DNA of 64,000 nucleotides, taken from positions 4,512,001 through 4,576,000 of the forward strand of contig OZ240241.1 in the NCBI GenBank assembly GCA_965198115.1. Direction: 5' to 3'. Source of the stretch: Candidatus Latescibacterota bacterium (GTDB taxonomy: Bacteria > Latescibacterota > UBA2968). Of the stretch, positions 53,442 to 62,779 are shown piece by piece (within the stretch, counting starts at the first letter, position 1; each line of letters begins with the position of its first letter). Below the pieces are notes generated by a model. That model did no database searches, was not told where the DNA came from, and worked only from the letters and a program-made list of their open reading frames with translations. The translations under genes were made by a program, and so were the position numbers.

Positions 53442-54607
53442 TGTGACGTCCCAGGAATAACTAGAAAAACATTCGATTCTGTCGTATGGTTCCTCAAGCA
53501 CTCATTCTTGGGAGGAACCGATGGCTAGAGGTCGTCCGTTACAGCCACTGAACATCAGTGATGAGGTCCACGATCAACTCGAGTCATTGTCTCGTTCGCG
53601 TAGCATGTCTCACGCTTTGGTGCGTCGCGCGAAGATCGTCTTGATGAGCGATTGCGGTCTGACCAATCAGGAGATCGCGGAACGAGTCGGGTTGTCCGGA
53701 GCGTCTGTCGGCAAGTGGCGTCGTCGCTTCTGCGAGCAAGGCTTGATGGGACTGTATGACGAATTGCGTCCTGGAGGGCCACGGTCGGTCAGCGACGAAG
53801 AGATCTCCTCCCTCATCTACAAGACGCTCAAGAAGCAACCGAAGGGTGCCACCCACTGGGACCTGTCGTTCGATGGCCGACGAGACGGGGCTCTCCAAGT
53901 CCTCGGTTCAACGTGTATGGAAAGCTTTTGGACTGCAACCGCATCGACAGAAGCACTTCAAACTGTCGAACGATCCCTTCTTCGTCGAGAAAGTCAGGGA
54001 TATCGTCGGTCTATACCTGAACCCACCGGACAACGCGATGGTGCTCTGTGTAGACGAGAAGAGCCAGATTCAAGCACTCGAACGGACACAACCGATTCTT
54101 CCTTTGGGTCTCGGATACGTCGAGGGCGTCACTCACAGCTATATCCGGAACGGCACGACCACCCTCTTTGCAGCGCTCAACATCGCATCCGGCAAAGTTC
54201 TGACTCAGTGCAAGCCCAGACACCGCAACAAAGAGTTCCTTCAGTTCCTCAAGCACATCGACAAGAACGTCCCAAAGGATCTCGACATCCATCTGGTCGT
54301 CGATAATTACGGCACGCACAAGCACCCGAACGTCAAGCGTTGGCTCGCCTCACGGAAACGATATCACGTGCACTACACACCAACATATGCCTCCTGGCTG
54401 AACCAGGTAGAGATCTGGTTCGGTATCATCACCCAAAGAGCCATTCGACGAGGCACCTTCAGAAGCGTCAAGGACCTGATCGCCTGCATCAAGAAATTCA
54501 CTGATCACTACAACGAGAATTCTACACCCTTCGTCTGGACCGCCACGGCAGATTCAATCCTCGAGAAAGTCCATAAACTTTTGAAGCTTATACGCGGGAC
54601 GTGACAC
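53441..54607 (+). mobile_element. IS630-family insertion sequence
   Basis: TIRs GTGTGACGTCCCAGGAATAA and GTGTCACGTCCCGCGTATAA (16/20), each flanked by TA in a CTAG context. Confidence 0.9.
53521..54604 (+). CDS. IS630-family transposase (+1 frameshift ~53860)
   Basis: HTH, THW|TCRSMA, CVDEKSQIQAL, DNYGTH and WLNQVE. Confidence 0.92.
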
Positions 54608-55793
54608 TAGCTCCAGCGTCCGAATCGAAGGATTCGGCTCTCAGTCCTGTGGCGACCATCGCTCCCACAAGGTAGAGACTCGCTCCCATGAACAGGATGA
54701 CGTCGGATGACACCACGGCCTGCTGCGACGACCACCCCAGAATCGGCCCGACTGCCGAGCCGAAGTCCGAAGCCGTGGAATAGGAAGCAACGCTCCTCGG
54801 TCCTCGCGATCCCGCTTCGGCCGTGAGAGCAACGGTCGCACCGACACCGCAAACGAACAGGACGAGGACGGCCCCGATCAGCGCACCAGGGTGGCCTACC
54901 CATCCCCCGGTCGCCAGCCCACATCCCCCGATCGAGAAAAACAGAATCGCACTCGCACGGCGCCCTACCCGATCACTCAGATGACCCATCGCCGGAGCAC
55001 CCAACAATTCCGCGACCCATCGTCCCGCGAGCAGAAACCCAGTGAGGGAAGCCACGCCCACCCCCACCCCGAAGAGGTGGACCTCGCGACCGAGTTCGGA
55101 CGCGAGCAGCAGCCCCAGCGTCGACATCATCAACCCGGGCCCGGCGCACCCGACGACAAATCCGCACCCCAGGAGACCCCAGGATGATCGGTCGAGGACA
55201 ACTCTCCTGGGTTTGTCTGTCTCGCGATGTCGCAACGATCGCCTCGACGCCACACCGAGGGGGACGGCCAGGAGGGATGCGACGCCGAAGATCAGTAGTG
55301 CGGTCGCAAACCCCAGCAGGTCGTGTCCGACTGCACCGGCCAAGTTTCCTACCACCGAACCAGTCCTGGACAGGCCGCTGTAAACGCCCATCATCCTCCC
55401 CAGGCGCCCCTCTTCTGCGCTGTCGACGACCGTCATCACCCCGACCTGCCGAATGAAGGACCAGGACAGCCCCCAAAGCATTCTGGCTGCGAGAAGCAGG
55501 CTGAAGACGCGAACATAGGCATAGGCGAACGTCAGCGACGCGCCGAGAGTGAACGCCAGCGTGATCAGCAGCATCAGCGAGAGTCGCCGACACAGAACCT
55601 CGGCCAGCCGATTGGTCACCAATCGTATCCATCGGTTGGCCGACAGGATGATCCCCACCTGAATCGGCTCCAGCCCGAGCTCCGTATAGTAGGTCGGAAG
55701 CACCGAATAGAGCAGCTGATCGCCCAGGAGCGAAAATGCCGTCGCGGCCCCGATCAGGTAAACAGGTTTGGGCGATTTGCGGAGTTCTGACAC
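54588..55793 (-). CDS. MFS transporter
   Basis: About 12 hydrophobic segments; motif A GHLSDRVGRR. Confidence 0.88.
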   Translation of the reverse strand: MSELRKSPKPVYLIGAATAFSLLGDQLLYSVLPTYYTELGLEPIQVGIILSANRWIRLVTNRLAEVLCRRLSLMLLITLAFTLGASLTFAYAYVRVFSLLLAARMLWGLSWSFIRQVGVMTVVDSAEEGRLGRMMGVYSGLSRTGSVVGNLAGAVGHDLLGFATALLIFGVASLLAVPLGVASRRSLRHRETDKPRRVVLDRSSWGLLGCGFVVGCAGPGLMMSTLGLLLASELGREVHLFGVGVGVASLTGFLLAGRWVAELLGAPAMGHLSDRVGRRASAILFFSIGGCGLATGGWVGHPGALIGAVLVLFVCGVGATVALTAEAGSRGPRSVASYSTASDFGSAVGPILGWSSQQAVVSSDVILFMGASLYLVGAMVATGLRAESFDSDAGASVTSRV

Positions 55794-55803
55794 ACATCCT
55801 CAC

Positions 55804-55832
55804 AAAAGGAAAGGCGACCCGAAGGTCGCCTC
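55804..55832 (-). terminator. Intrinsic terminator after the creatininase gene
   Basis: AGGCGACC-TTCG-GGTCGCCT followed by TTCCTTTT. Confidence 0.7.
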
Positions 55833-55892
55833 CTCCACGAATCGAGTAGCAACCGCGAACGGGCTGACCACTCGAACTTCATTGCCGACGCT

Positions 55893-56621
55893 CTACGGGA
55901 AGTGGCTCAAGCCCTCATCCTGTCGATTCCCGTCGATCATCCCCTTTGTGTAGGCAGCCACTTGCGAGATCGCCTCGTCGACGAACGCTTTCCCCGCTTC
56001 GGCCGTCGCCTCGAGGGGCGCTTTGTCATCCTGGTCCTGCATCGCGTCGTGGCGGACGCTGTCGGGGAACAGGTGCAAAGCGGTTGCCGTCTCGAATTCC
56101 TGCGCGTGTCCGGGATATCGTTTCGTCTTCAGATGGGGTTCAGCGAAATCCTTCGAAATCAGGTCCCAGTAGGAAACGAAGTGAAGGTTCGTCCCCGGAT
56201 CCCGCATCTTGAAGTAGAGCTGCCACTGGCCAATGTTGTTCTTCACCGGCGCGACGTTGCCCCCGTGACCGTTCAGAATCAGGACGTTCTCCACGCCGTG
56301 CCGGATCACACTCTCCACCGCATCGAAGAGGACGGCCAACCAACTGCCCGGCTTTGCCGTCATCGAGCCCTTGTGGCTCATATGGTGTTCCGAAATCCCG
56401 ATGTTCATGGGCACCGTCACGACTACGTTCGGATGCAGCGTCTTCGCCGCTTCCCGTGAGATATGGACGGAGTGGCGGATGTCGTGACCCGTCGTCAAAT
56501 GCTCGAGGTGTTGTTCGTTGCTGCCTGTGGGGATGATCGCTGTCTTGTATTGTCCCGACTCGATGCTCTCCCGGAACTCCCGGCGCGTCATCCGCGCCAG
56601 CATGACTTCCTGGTCTGCCAT
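55893..56621 (-). CDS. Creatininase family protein
   Basis: PTGSNEQH..HL...D, SEHH, NGHGGN and HAQEFET. Confidence 0.92.
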   Translation of the reverse strand: MADQEVMLARMTRREFRESIESGQYKTAIIPTGSNEQHLEHLTTGHDIRHSVHISREAAKTLHPNVVVTVPMNIGISEHHMSHKGSMTAKPGSWLAVLFDAVESVIRHGVENVLILNGHGGNVAPVKNNIGQWQLYFKMRDPGTNLHFVSYWDLISKDFAEPHLKTKRYPGHAQEFETATALHLFPDSVRHDAMQDQDDKAPLEATAEAGKAFVDEAISQVAAYTKGMIDGNRQDEGLSHFP

Positions 56622-56773
56622 ATCGCCCTCCTCGTGACCTGGTCTCTTGACGCGCCAATATGGGGTTTCGGCGGAGCGAACGGCAAGCGCGATCACATTG
56701 CGGTCGGGTTAACGAGAGGAAATGCGGTGGACGCTTCCTGTAGGCAGTGGTTGTGAGGTGAACGTTGCGGGTT

Positions 56774-56801
56774 TTCAATGTTCTATCTTCAATCTTCAAT
56801 G
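56774..56801. repeat. Heptamer tandem repeat (TTCAAT(C/G)), 4 copies
   Basis: TTCAATG TTCTATC TTCAATC TTCAATG. Confidence 0.65.
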
Positions 56802-56802
56802 A

Positions 56803-58523
56803 CTAAGCTCGTCTCGCCAGGGTCAGACCTTCCTGTTCCTGCCACAGTCTGAGAATGCGTCGCGATTGCTTGAGGTAGTATCGATACGTTCCTGCGAGCG
56901 CCTTTTTGGGCCGTTGGGCGTCTTGCCGCTCGGGAGCGCATTGTGCTTTCCACGGGCCTGGTTAATCCGGCGCGACCCGTTCTGCACGGACACGGTCATC
57001 ACTCGATAGGGTCTCGCATCGCCGGTCGTGACCTGCATCGACCAGACGGAGATCTTACCCTTTCGACAGTTGTTCGAGTAGGATCCGACACAGTGGCTCA
57101 TAGCCTTTCCTTCGGCCATCAGCTCTTTGGTGCTCAATAGCTCACGAATCGCCCATCTGTGAGACTCGCCCCCCGGGGTCTCTCTATCCTCGAGCTCGAA
57201 CGTCCCCAGGCCCGAGGGGCCCCAGGCGCGATCGGGGATACGTGTCTCTCGCGCCAGCTGCCGGTGCCAGATCTCCACCTCCCGCAACAGCTTGTCGATG
57301 CTCCTTCCCTTGACGGAGAAGTTGGGTTGTGGTGCTGGCCCGGTCGTTCGCTCCCCGCCGGGTTCTATGATCTCTTCGGGTTCGAATTTGCGGTGTTGGA
57401 TGTAGTCGACGAGCGGGCCGACCTGGTCGGGATCGAGCATCGGGTTGTTGACGAAGAAGTGAATCACCTTGGACCAGAAGGTCTCGTGTTCGAACGACCC
57501 TCCCAGCTGAGTCGCGTTAATGGCTTCGACCAGCGAGGCGTCGCCACCCAGACCCAGAACCTGTCCCCAGCGAAGCGCCTCCTCGATCGTGTAGCCATCC
57601 GGCGCCTGGAGGAAGAGGTGGGCCATCCGCTTCGTCAGATCGACCGGCGTGCCGGCCTTTCGAATGTTCCCGCCGTTCCCGACGTGGAGAAACCAGTCCT
57701 GGTGATCGCGAACCGCGCTCCCCTGAAGCCAAACCGCGTCCATAAAAGCCGGAACATCATACCGGCAGACCAGATGCCGAACCAGAGATCCGAACTGCCG
57801 ACGAGAGTTGCGAACGTCGGGACGCCAGGAACCGGGTTCCTCCAGCCAGCGGTCCTGACGGCGCGAAAGCTCGCACAACCCCTCGACGAACGTATTGCCC
57901 GGGACGGTACCCAGATTGGAAAGCGCCGGCTTCAGACCGAGCAGATCGCCCACAGATTCCGCCTGCAGCAGCGACCGTCTGAACGCATCACGCGCGCCGG
58001 CATCCGGAAGCGAAGACGCCTCGTCCTGAACAAGACGATAAAGAGGGCGCTCGAGTGCGCGATCGTCGACCGTGCCGTCGAAGATGGCCTGGATGACGTC
58101 AGCCGGTCGCCGCGAATGTCGCTTGGCCGACTTGAGTGCTGAATCTCCTCGAAACCGTTCAGCAAGCGCGATTTCCTTCTTCCGTTGCGCGTCGCTCTTG
58201 TGGAGTGCATCACCCAGCCCGTGTGTGACGCACCAGCTTCTGTAGGCGTCCCGGTCGGGCAAGCCGAGCTTTTCAACGTGGCGATCCAGGGCGGCCTCAT
58301 CCCGCGATCCATCCAGCTGTTGCTGTGCGAGGGAGCGCTCGTGACGCCGCTCCTGCCAGGTCTTGTTCAACGCACCGCTCAAACCGCGATCGTGGCACCA
58401 CGATTTGTAGGCCGACACGCCGTCCAGCCCGAGGGAGGCCAGATGCGCAGTCAGATCCGCATTCGCCCTCGCCGAAGCACCTCGATGTCGGCCTTTCCGC
58501 CGTCTGTTCGTTGACTTCGCCAC
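56803..58523 (-). CDS. PcfJ domain-containing protein (probable frameshift ~56885)
   Basis: YDVPAFMD..W, LTKRMAHLF, FSVKGRS, EL....L..EG..MSHCVGSY and QARGKHN; an alternative frame ends ILRLWQEQEGL. Confidence 0.8.
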
Positions 58524-58649
58524 ACGTTCTCCATTCGATTCCAATCGGCCACTCGGTCATCATTATCATGCAGCCTTCCGACCGAGGAGGCAATGCAGGG
58601 AGAGGCACCCGTTTGACACGGTGCCGGATGGAGCCCTCCGATCACACAC

Positions 58650-58682
58650 AAGAAACAGCCGGAGCATCTTTCGACGCCCCGG
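58650..58682 (-). terminator. Probable intrinsic terminator downstream of the ECF sigma gene
   Basis: CCGGGGCGTC-GAAA-GATGCTCCGG followed by CTGTTTCTT. Confidence 0.55.
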
Positions 58683-58806
58683 ATGTTATGTTCGTGGTTT
58701 CACCGGCTCCCCGGGTGAGGCGCCCCTCCTCCCCCTAGATACGGTGGCTCGGCAAGACGATGTCGGCCCGACCAGGCCGGCCCACCACAGCTTCCAAGGA
58801 AGTGGG

Positions 58807-59388
58807 TCACATCGCCGCCACACCTCGTTCGCCCAATCGATCCTTCAGCTGCTGTCTAGCCCGGAAGAGCCACGTTTTGACCGTGCCGACCGGGACATTC
58901 AGTTCCTCGACGATCTCCAGATACGTGCGATCCTTGAGATACCGCAACTCCGTCACGTTTCGGTAAGGGTCCGGCAGGCCGCGTATCTCATCCTCCACCG
59001 TCGTCCGGCGCTCCTCCTGCAGGGTGAAGGCCTCGGGGTCGGGGACCCCCGATGGCTCCCACAGCTCTCGAAGGAAGGCGTCCTCCTTACCCACGACGTC
59101 AGCCCGCGCCCGTCTGGACTGCTCCGCCCGATGATAGGTGGTACATACATTCATCGCGATCTGCATCAACCAGGTCGAGAAAGCCGATTCACCTCGGAAT
59201 CCCGCCAGGCCGAGATAGGCACGCATGAATGTGGTCTGCAACAGGTCCTCCGCGTCCTCGCGACTGCGTGTACGATACAGGAGAGCCGAATAGATCCTCG
59301 ATTGATGCGCACGGTAGAGTTTGGTGAAAGCGTTCAGGTCACCCTCGAGTGTGCGCTGCACTAGTTCCGTTTCTCCAAGCGTCTCCAT
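58807..59388 (-). CDS. ECF RNA polymerase sigma factor
   Basis: GD..AF..L, DAEDLLQ, FSTWL..IA and GTVKTWLFRAR. Confidence 0.93.
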   Translation of the reverse strand: METLGETELVQRTLEGDLNAFTKLYRAHQSRIYSALLYRTRSREDAEDLLQTTFMRAYLGLAGFRGESAFSTWLMQIAMNVCTTYHRAEQSRRARADVVGKEDAFLRELWEPSGVPDPEAFTLQEERRTTVEDEIRGLPDPYRNVTELRYLKDRTYLEIVEELNVPVGTVKTWLFRARQQLKDRLGERGVAAM

Positions 59389-59460
59389 GACGATCTCTTC
59401 TTTCTTTGACGGTTCATTGCGTGATAGGCGCCCTGGGGGCGCGATCTGAACTCTATGCCC

Positions 59461-59658
59461 CTACTCAGGGGTTTCCGTCGTCGACTCGATCATAGCCAGC
59501 CCGTCCCTCAGGTCGGGGCCATCGGTGAACATCCATTTCACCGCGTGGAACCCGAAAAAGGTCGAGACGAGGACAACGACGACCGTCAAACTGAAGAGAA
59601 AGTTTTTGAGGTTTTCCCTCTCATCTTTCCGGCTCAAGACTTCCTTGAACGTTCGCAT
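59461..59658 (-). CDS. Small single-TM protein (65 aa)
   Basis: GGAGGAG SD; hydrophobic segment FLFSLTVVVVLVSTFFGF. Confidence 0.65.
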   Translation of the reverse strand: MRTFKEVLSRKDERENLKNFLFSLTVVVVLVSTFFGFHAVKWMFTDGPDLRDGLAMIESTTETPE

Positions 59659-59682
59659 ACACTCCTCCAAACAGGTTGGTAC

Positions 59683-59850
59683 CTAAGTTCCAATTCCAGG
59701 GTCGATCTCTGCTCTGTCGAAGCCGTCGAATGTCTCGATGGCGATCTGTTCGCCAATACCTCGGGTTGTTTCGTCCGCGACGTTGGTAGACATTCGCAGG
59801 GCAACGTCGTAGCCCGCTGCGACGGTGTTCAGAGCACTGTGATAAGACAT
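59683..59850 (-). CDS. Small hypothetical protein (55 aa)
   Basis: GGAGG SD; MSYHSALNTVAAGYDVALRMSTNVADETTRGIGEQIAIETFDGFDRAEIDPGIGT*. Confidence 0.5.
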   Translation of the reverse strand: MSYHSALNTVAAGYDVALRMSTNVADETTRGIGEQIAIETFDGFDRAEIDPGIGT

Positions 59851-59866
59851 GATTCCTCCAACCCGG

Positions 59867-60031
59867 TCACGGCTGACCGGGATTGCTGTTGCGATGATGT
59901 GATAGATGACCTAAATTGTTGAGAACGCGCCGGTTGTACCGAACGGCGTCGTTAGCTGACTGGGCCCTCGCGTCGTCCCGCCAAAGACTCGCGTGAGGGC
60001 CTGCTTTTATTTCGGTTCTACGTGGTGTCAC
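59867..60031 (-). CDS. Small hypothetical protein (54 aa)
   Basis: AAGGGAGG SD 6 nt before a GTG; open frame to TGA at 59867. Confidence 0.35.
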   Translation of the reverse strand: MTPRRTEIKAGPHASLWRDDARAQSANDAVRYNRRVLNNLGHLSHHRNSNPGQP

Positions 60032-60199
60032 GTGAGACCTCCCTTCGTTCGGGTTGATTCCGCTCCACCTGGTGCCGATCCGCGGGCGATAGACCTCCGA
60101 TCCTCCTTTCTTTGACCGTCCTACTGTATAGACCCGGAAAAGTGCGGATCATTATAAAAAAAGGCCACAGCGTCGATTTTTTCTCGCGCGGCGGCCATT

Positions 60200-60517
60200 A
60201 AAAAAGCCGTCCTGAAGGGGACGGCGGCAAAGGGGTGGGTTGGATACCCGATTTTGCCTGCAAATCCCCGCACGAGAGGAACCGAAGAAGCTTCGGCTTC
60301 GCCCCGGAGAGGACTCGCAGAGTCCAGAAACGCTCTAAAATGAGGGCGTTACTGAACGATGACTCTCCAGGACTCTACCTGGCTTCCGTGTTCAGCGGCT
60401 TACGAGTGCCGCACACGGACATGATTGCATTTACTCGATGCATCGTGCTCGTTCGATTGAAGGGTGAATGATATGGGTCTCGAATTTGTCATTATAATGG
60501 GCTTTCTCCACTGATAG
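60200..60517 (-). ncRNA. Candidate structured ncRNA (~320 nt)
   Basis: Lies between a canonical promoter and a hairpin+U6 terminator (60200-60225); at least six further hairpins; no long ORF on this strand. Confidence 0.5.
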
Positions 60518-60523
60518 CACCAT

Positions 60524-60552
60524 AAGTTAACCCTGTAGGATTTGTCTGTCAA
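60524..60552 (-). promoter_or_regulatory. Sigma70-type promoter
   Basis: TTGACA-17 nt-TAACTT. Confidence 0.7.
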
Positions 60553-60614
60553 CACGATAATTCAATATTCTGAACTTTTTTTCTGTAAGCGAACGTTGGG
60601 ATCAGCCCACACCC

Positions 60615-61832
60615 CTATTCAGATACGGATGCACCCGGTGCACCGATGGACATTCGGCCCCCCAGCAGCCTTTCGATCGAGGGATCCGCGCCCCAAAAGT
60701 TTCGAAGTGACGTGTAGTGTGCTACGGCCTCGTTCCGCCCACGCTCACCGGTGTTTACTGCCCGAATCAGTAGATTCTTCGATGTCACGTCGTGGGTCGC
60801 AAACTCGACCACGTCGGTCCTGTAGCCGGCCACTTCCAAAGCCGCCGCCCTGAGAGCATCGGTCAGCACATCTGCCGTTCTCTGCTTCAGGATTCCGTGC
60901 TTCAGCAGTGAATGATGTCCGTCTGCCCGGATCTGACCGCTCAACTCCTGCTGGCAGCAGGGGGCGGCGAGCAGCAGTTGCGCATCCCAAAGCACCCCGA
61001 GGGCGAGGGCTTCGTTCGTCGCCGTATCGCACGCGTGCAGACTCAGCACGACATCCGGGTTCACGTCCGGCTCGTAGTCGGCAATCGTGGACTGGACAAA
61101 GTGAACTGCTTTCAGACCGAGTTCGTCGGCGAGCGCGGTCCCTTTCTCGACCCGCTCCGAGTCTCTGTCCACACCCGTGACAACGACTGCCTGCTCTCTG
61201 ACATTCGTGAGATACACAATGACGGCAAAAGTCAGATACGCGCTCCCGCACCCACAGTCTACGATCTGAAGCGCCGCCCCGTCTTTCGCTGCCGGGATCC
61301 TTCGATCGATCAGCCGGAGGAAAGCATTGATCTGGCGATACTTCGCCTGCATCGTCGGCTTCACGCGCCCCGTCTCGTCTGCGATCCCGATGGCCTTGAG
61401 GTAGGGAGCGGCGTCATCAGCTGGAAGCATCGACGATTTGACCCGGTTATGCGCGAGGCGATCCCGCTCCACGCCAACCGATGGACGGCCTCGGGAGACG
61501 AGGGGTCGCCCCCGCTTGCTGATCTTCACGTGAATGTCGCCCGAGACCGACTGCAGGTGAAAGTGCGCGAACCCGGCATCCAGAACCTCCTGCGCCGTCG
61601 CTCGCCACGCTTCATCCTCCGCGTAGTTCTTCCGAATGTCCTGACGCCCGTCGAAGTAGACGAACTGGAGGTGCCGCGTATGCCTGATCTCGACCGGACG
61701 AACGGTGACCTTCTGCCAGGGCACATCTCTCCCACGTCGCTGGCCCGACGCCACAAATTGGATGAAAGTCTCGTCCTGCATCGCATCCAGTAGGGTTGTC
61801 TGATAGGTATGCCCCGTATCGGCGTCTTTCAC
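60615..61832 (-). CDS. SAM-dependent methyltransferase (Methyltransf_32-like)
   Basis: KYRQIN.F, VDCGCGSAYLTF, SLHACDTAT, APCC and KNLLIRA. Confidence 0.88.
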   Translation of the reverse strand: MKDADTGHTYQTTLLDAMQDETFIQFVASGQRRGRDVPWQKVTVRPVEIRHTRHLQFVYFDGRQDIRKNYAEDEAWRATAQEVLDAGFAHFHLQSVSGDIHVKISKRGRPLVSRGRPSVGVERDRLAHNRVKSSMLPADDAAPYLKAIGIADETGRVKPTMQAKYRQINAFLRLIDRRIPAAKDGAALQIVDCGCGSAYLTFAVIVYLTNVREQAVVVTGVDRDSERVEKGTALADELGLKAVHFVQSTIADYEPDVNPDVVLSLHACDTATNEALALGVLWDAQLLLAAPCCQQELSGQIRADGHHSLLKHGILKQRTADVLTDALRAAALEVAGYRTDVVEFATHDVTSKNLLIRAVNTGERGRNEAVAHYTSLRNFWGADPSIERLLGGRMSIGAPGASVSE

Positions 61833-61952
61833 GAATCAGGTCTCCTTAGGGGCAGGGCACCACACGCACATTCCGAAAAGGGGTTTTCTCTGACTCTCAA
61901 AAATGCCACATTGTGTAACGTACCTACACCCATAGAGATACGGAGCAGACGA

Positions 61953-62621
61953 GTGCAGGAATCGAAAACCACCCGATCGAGCAGCCTGGTCGAATTCATC
62001 AAGAGCGCGGTCCTCGTCATCGCCGTCTCGTTCTTCGTCCGTTCGACCGTGGTCCAGGCTTACCACGTCACATCCGGATCGATGGAAAACACGATCCTCA
62101 CGGGCGATTTCGTCATCGCCGACAAGCTCACCTACGGAACGCAGGTCCCCGATCGGCTTCCTTTCCTCGAAACGAAAGTGCCCTCGTTCCGTCTTCCCGG
62201 TTTCTCCAGTCCGACTTCGGGCGACCTGGTCATCATCGAATCACCCGAAGACAGCTCCAAGGACCTGTTCAAACGCTGTGTGGCAACCGCCGGACAGACC
62301 GTAGAAATCCGCGACAAACAACTCCTCGTCGACGGGAAGCCCTACCCGAACGCACCAGGCGTCAAATACACAGACTTGAGGACCTTCCCCTCGCGCTACA
62401 TCCCGCGTGACAACTTCGGTCCCGAACGTGTACCTGACGGACACATCTTCGTGATCGGCGACAACCGGGACAACAGCTATGATTCACGCTACTTCGGCCC
62501 CATCCCCATCCACAACATCAAGGCTCGTCCACTCGTCATCGCTTTCTCCCGCAATACCGAGCATCCTCTCTGGAGCCTCGCGAAGGCGATTCGCTGGGAC
62601 CGAATCGGCTCGATCGAGTAA
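61953..62621 (+). CDS. lepB: Signal peptidase I
   Basis: TM, SGSMENT, KRCVA and GDNRDNSYDSRYFG. Confidence 0.93.
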   Translation: MQESKTTRSSSLVEFIKSAVLVIAVSFFVRSTVVQAYHVTSGSMENTILTGDFVIADKLTYGTQVPDRLPFLETKVPSFRLPGFSSPTSGDLVIIESPEDSSKDLFKRCVATAGQTVEIRDKQLLVDGKPYPNAPGVKYTDLRTFPSRYIPRDNFGPERVPDGHIFVIGDNRDNSYDSRYFGPIPIHNIKARPLVIAFSRNTEHPLWSLAKAIRWDRIGSIE

Positions 62622-62675
62622 CGCACCCCGATGGGGCCTCTGTCCGCTAGCCCGCCGGGCGAGTTGAAAAGACAA

Positions 62676-62726
62676 AGACGTCCGCCGATCCCCTTCGGTG
62701 AAAGGGATGGGCGGACGTCTGTTTTT
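62676..62726. terminator. Long hairpin terminator between convergent genes
   Basis: AGACGTCCGCC...GGCGGACGTCT flanked by A-rich and T-rich tracts. Confidence 0.75.
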
Positions 62727-62779
62727 GCTCCCACTATGATCGGATCACTCCGCGCCGACGTCGGCCGGCCGATCTCAGA

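Noticed and set aside
53850-53870. Programmed frameshift in the IS630 transposase
   Set aside because: There is no A-rich slippery run; one extra G in TGGGACC explains the break in the conserved THW-x-x-R motif.
56803-59388. Prophage or ICE around pcfJ
   Set aside because: No integrase, structural or conjugation genes and no att-like repeats are visible.
60050-60260. tRNA, tmRNA or RNase P RNA
   Set aside because: No GTTCRA T-loop with a matching acceptor stem and no GAGGAAAGTCC motif.
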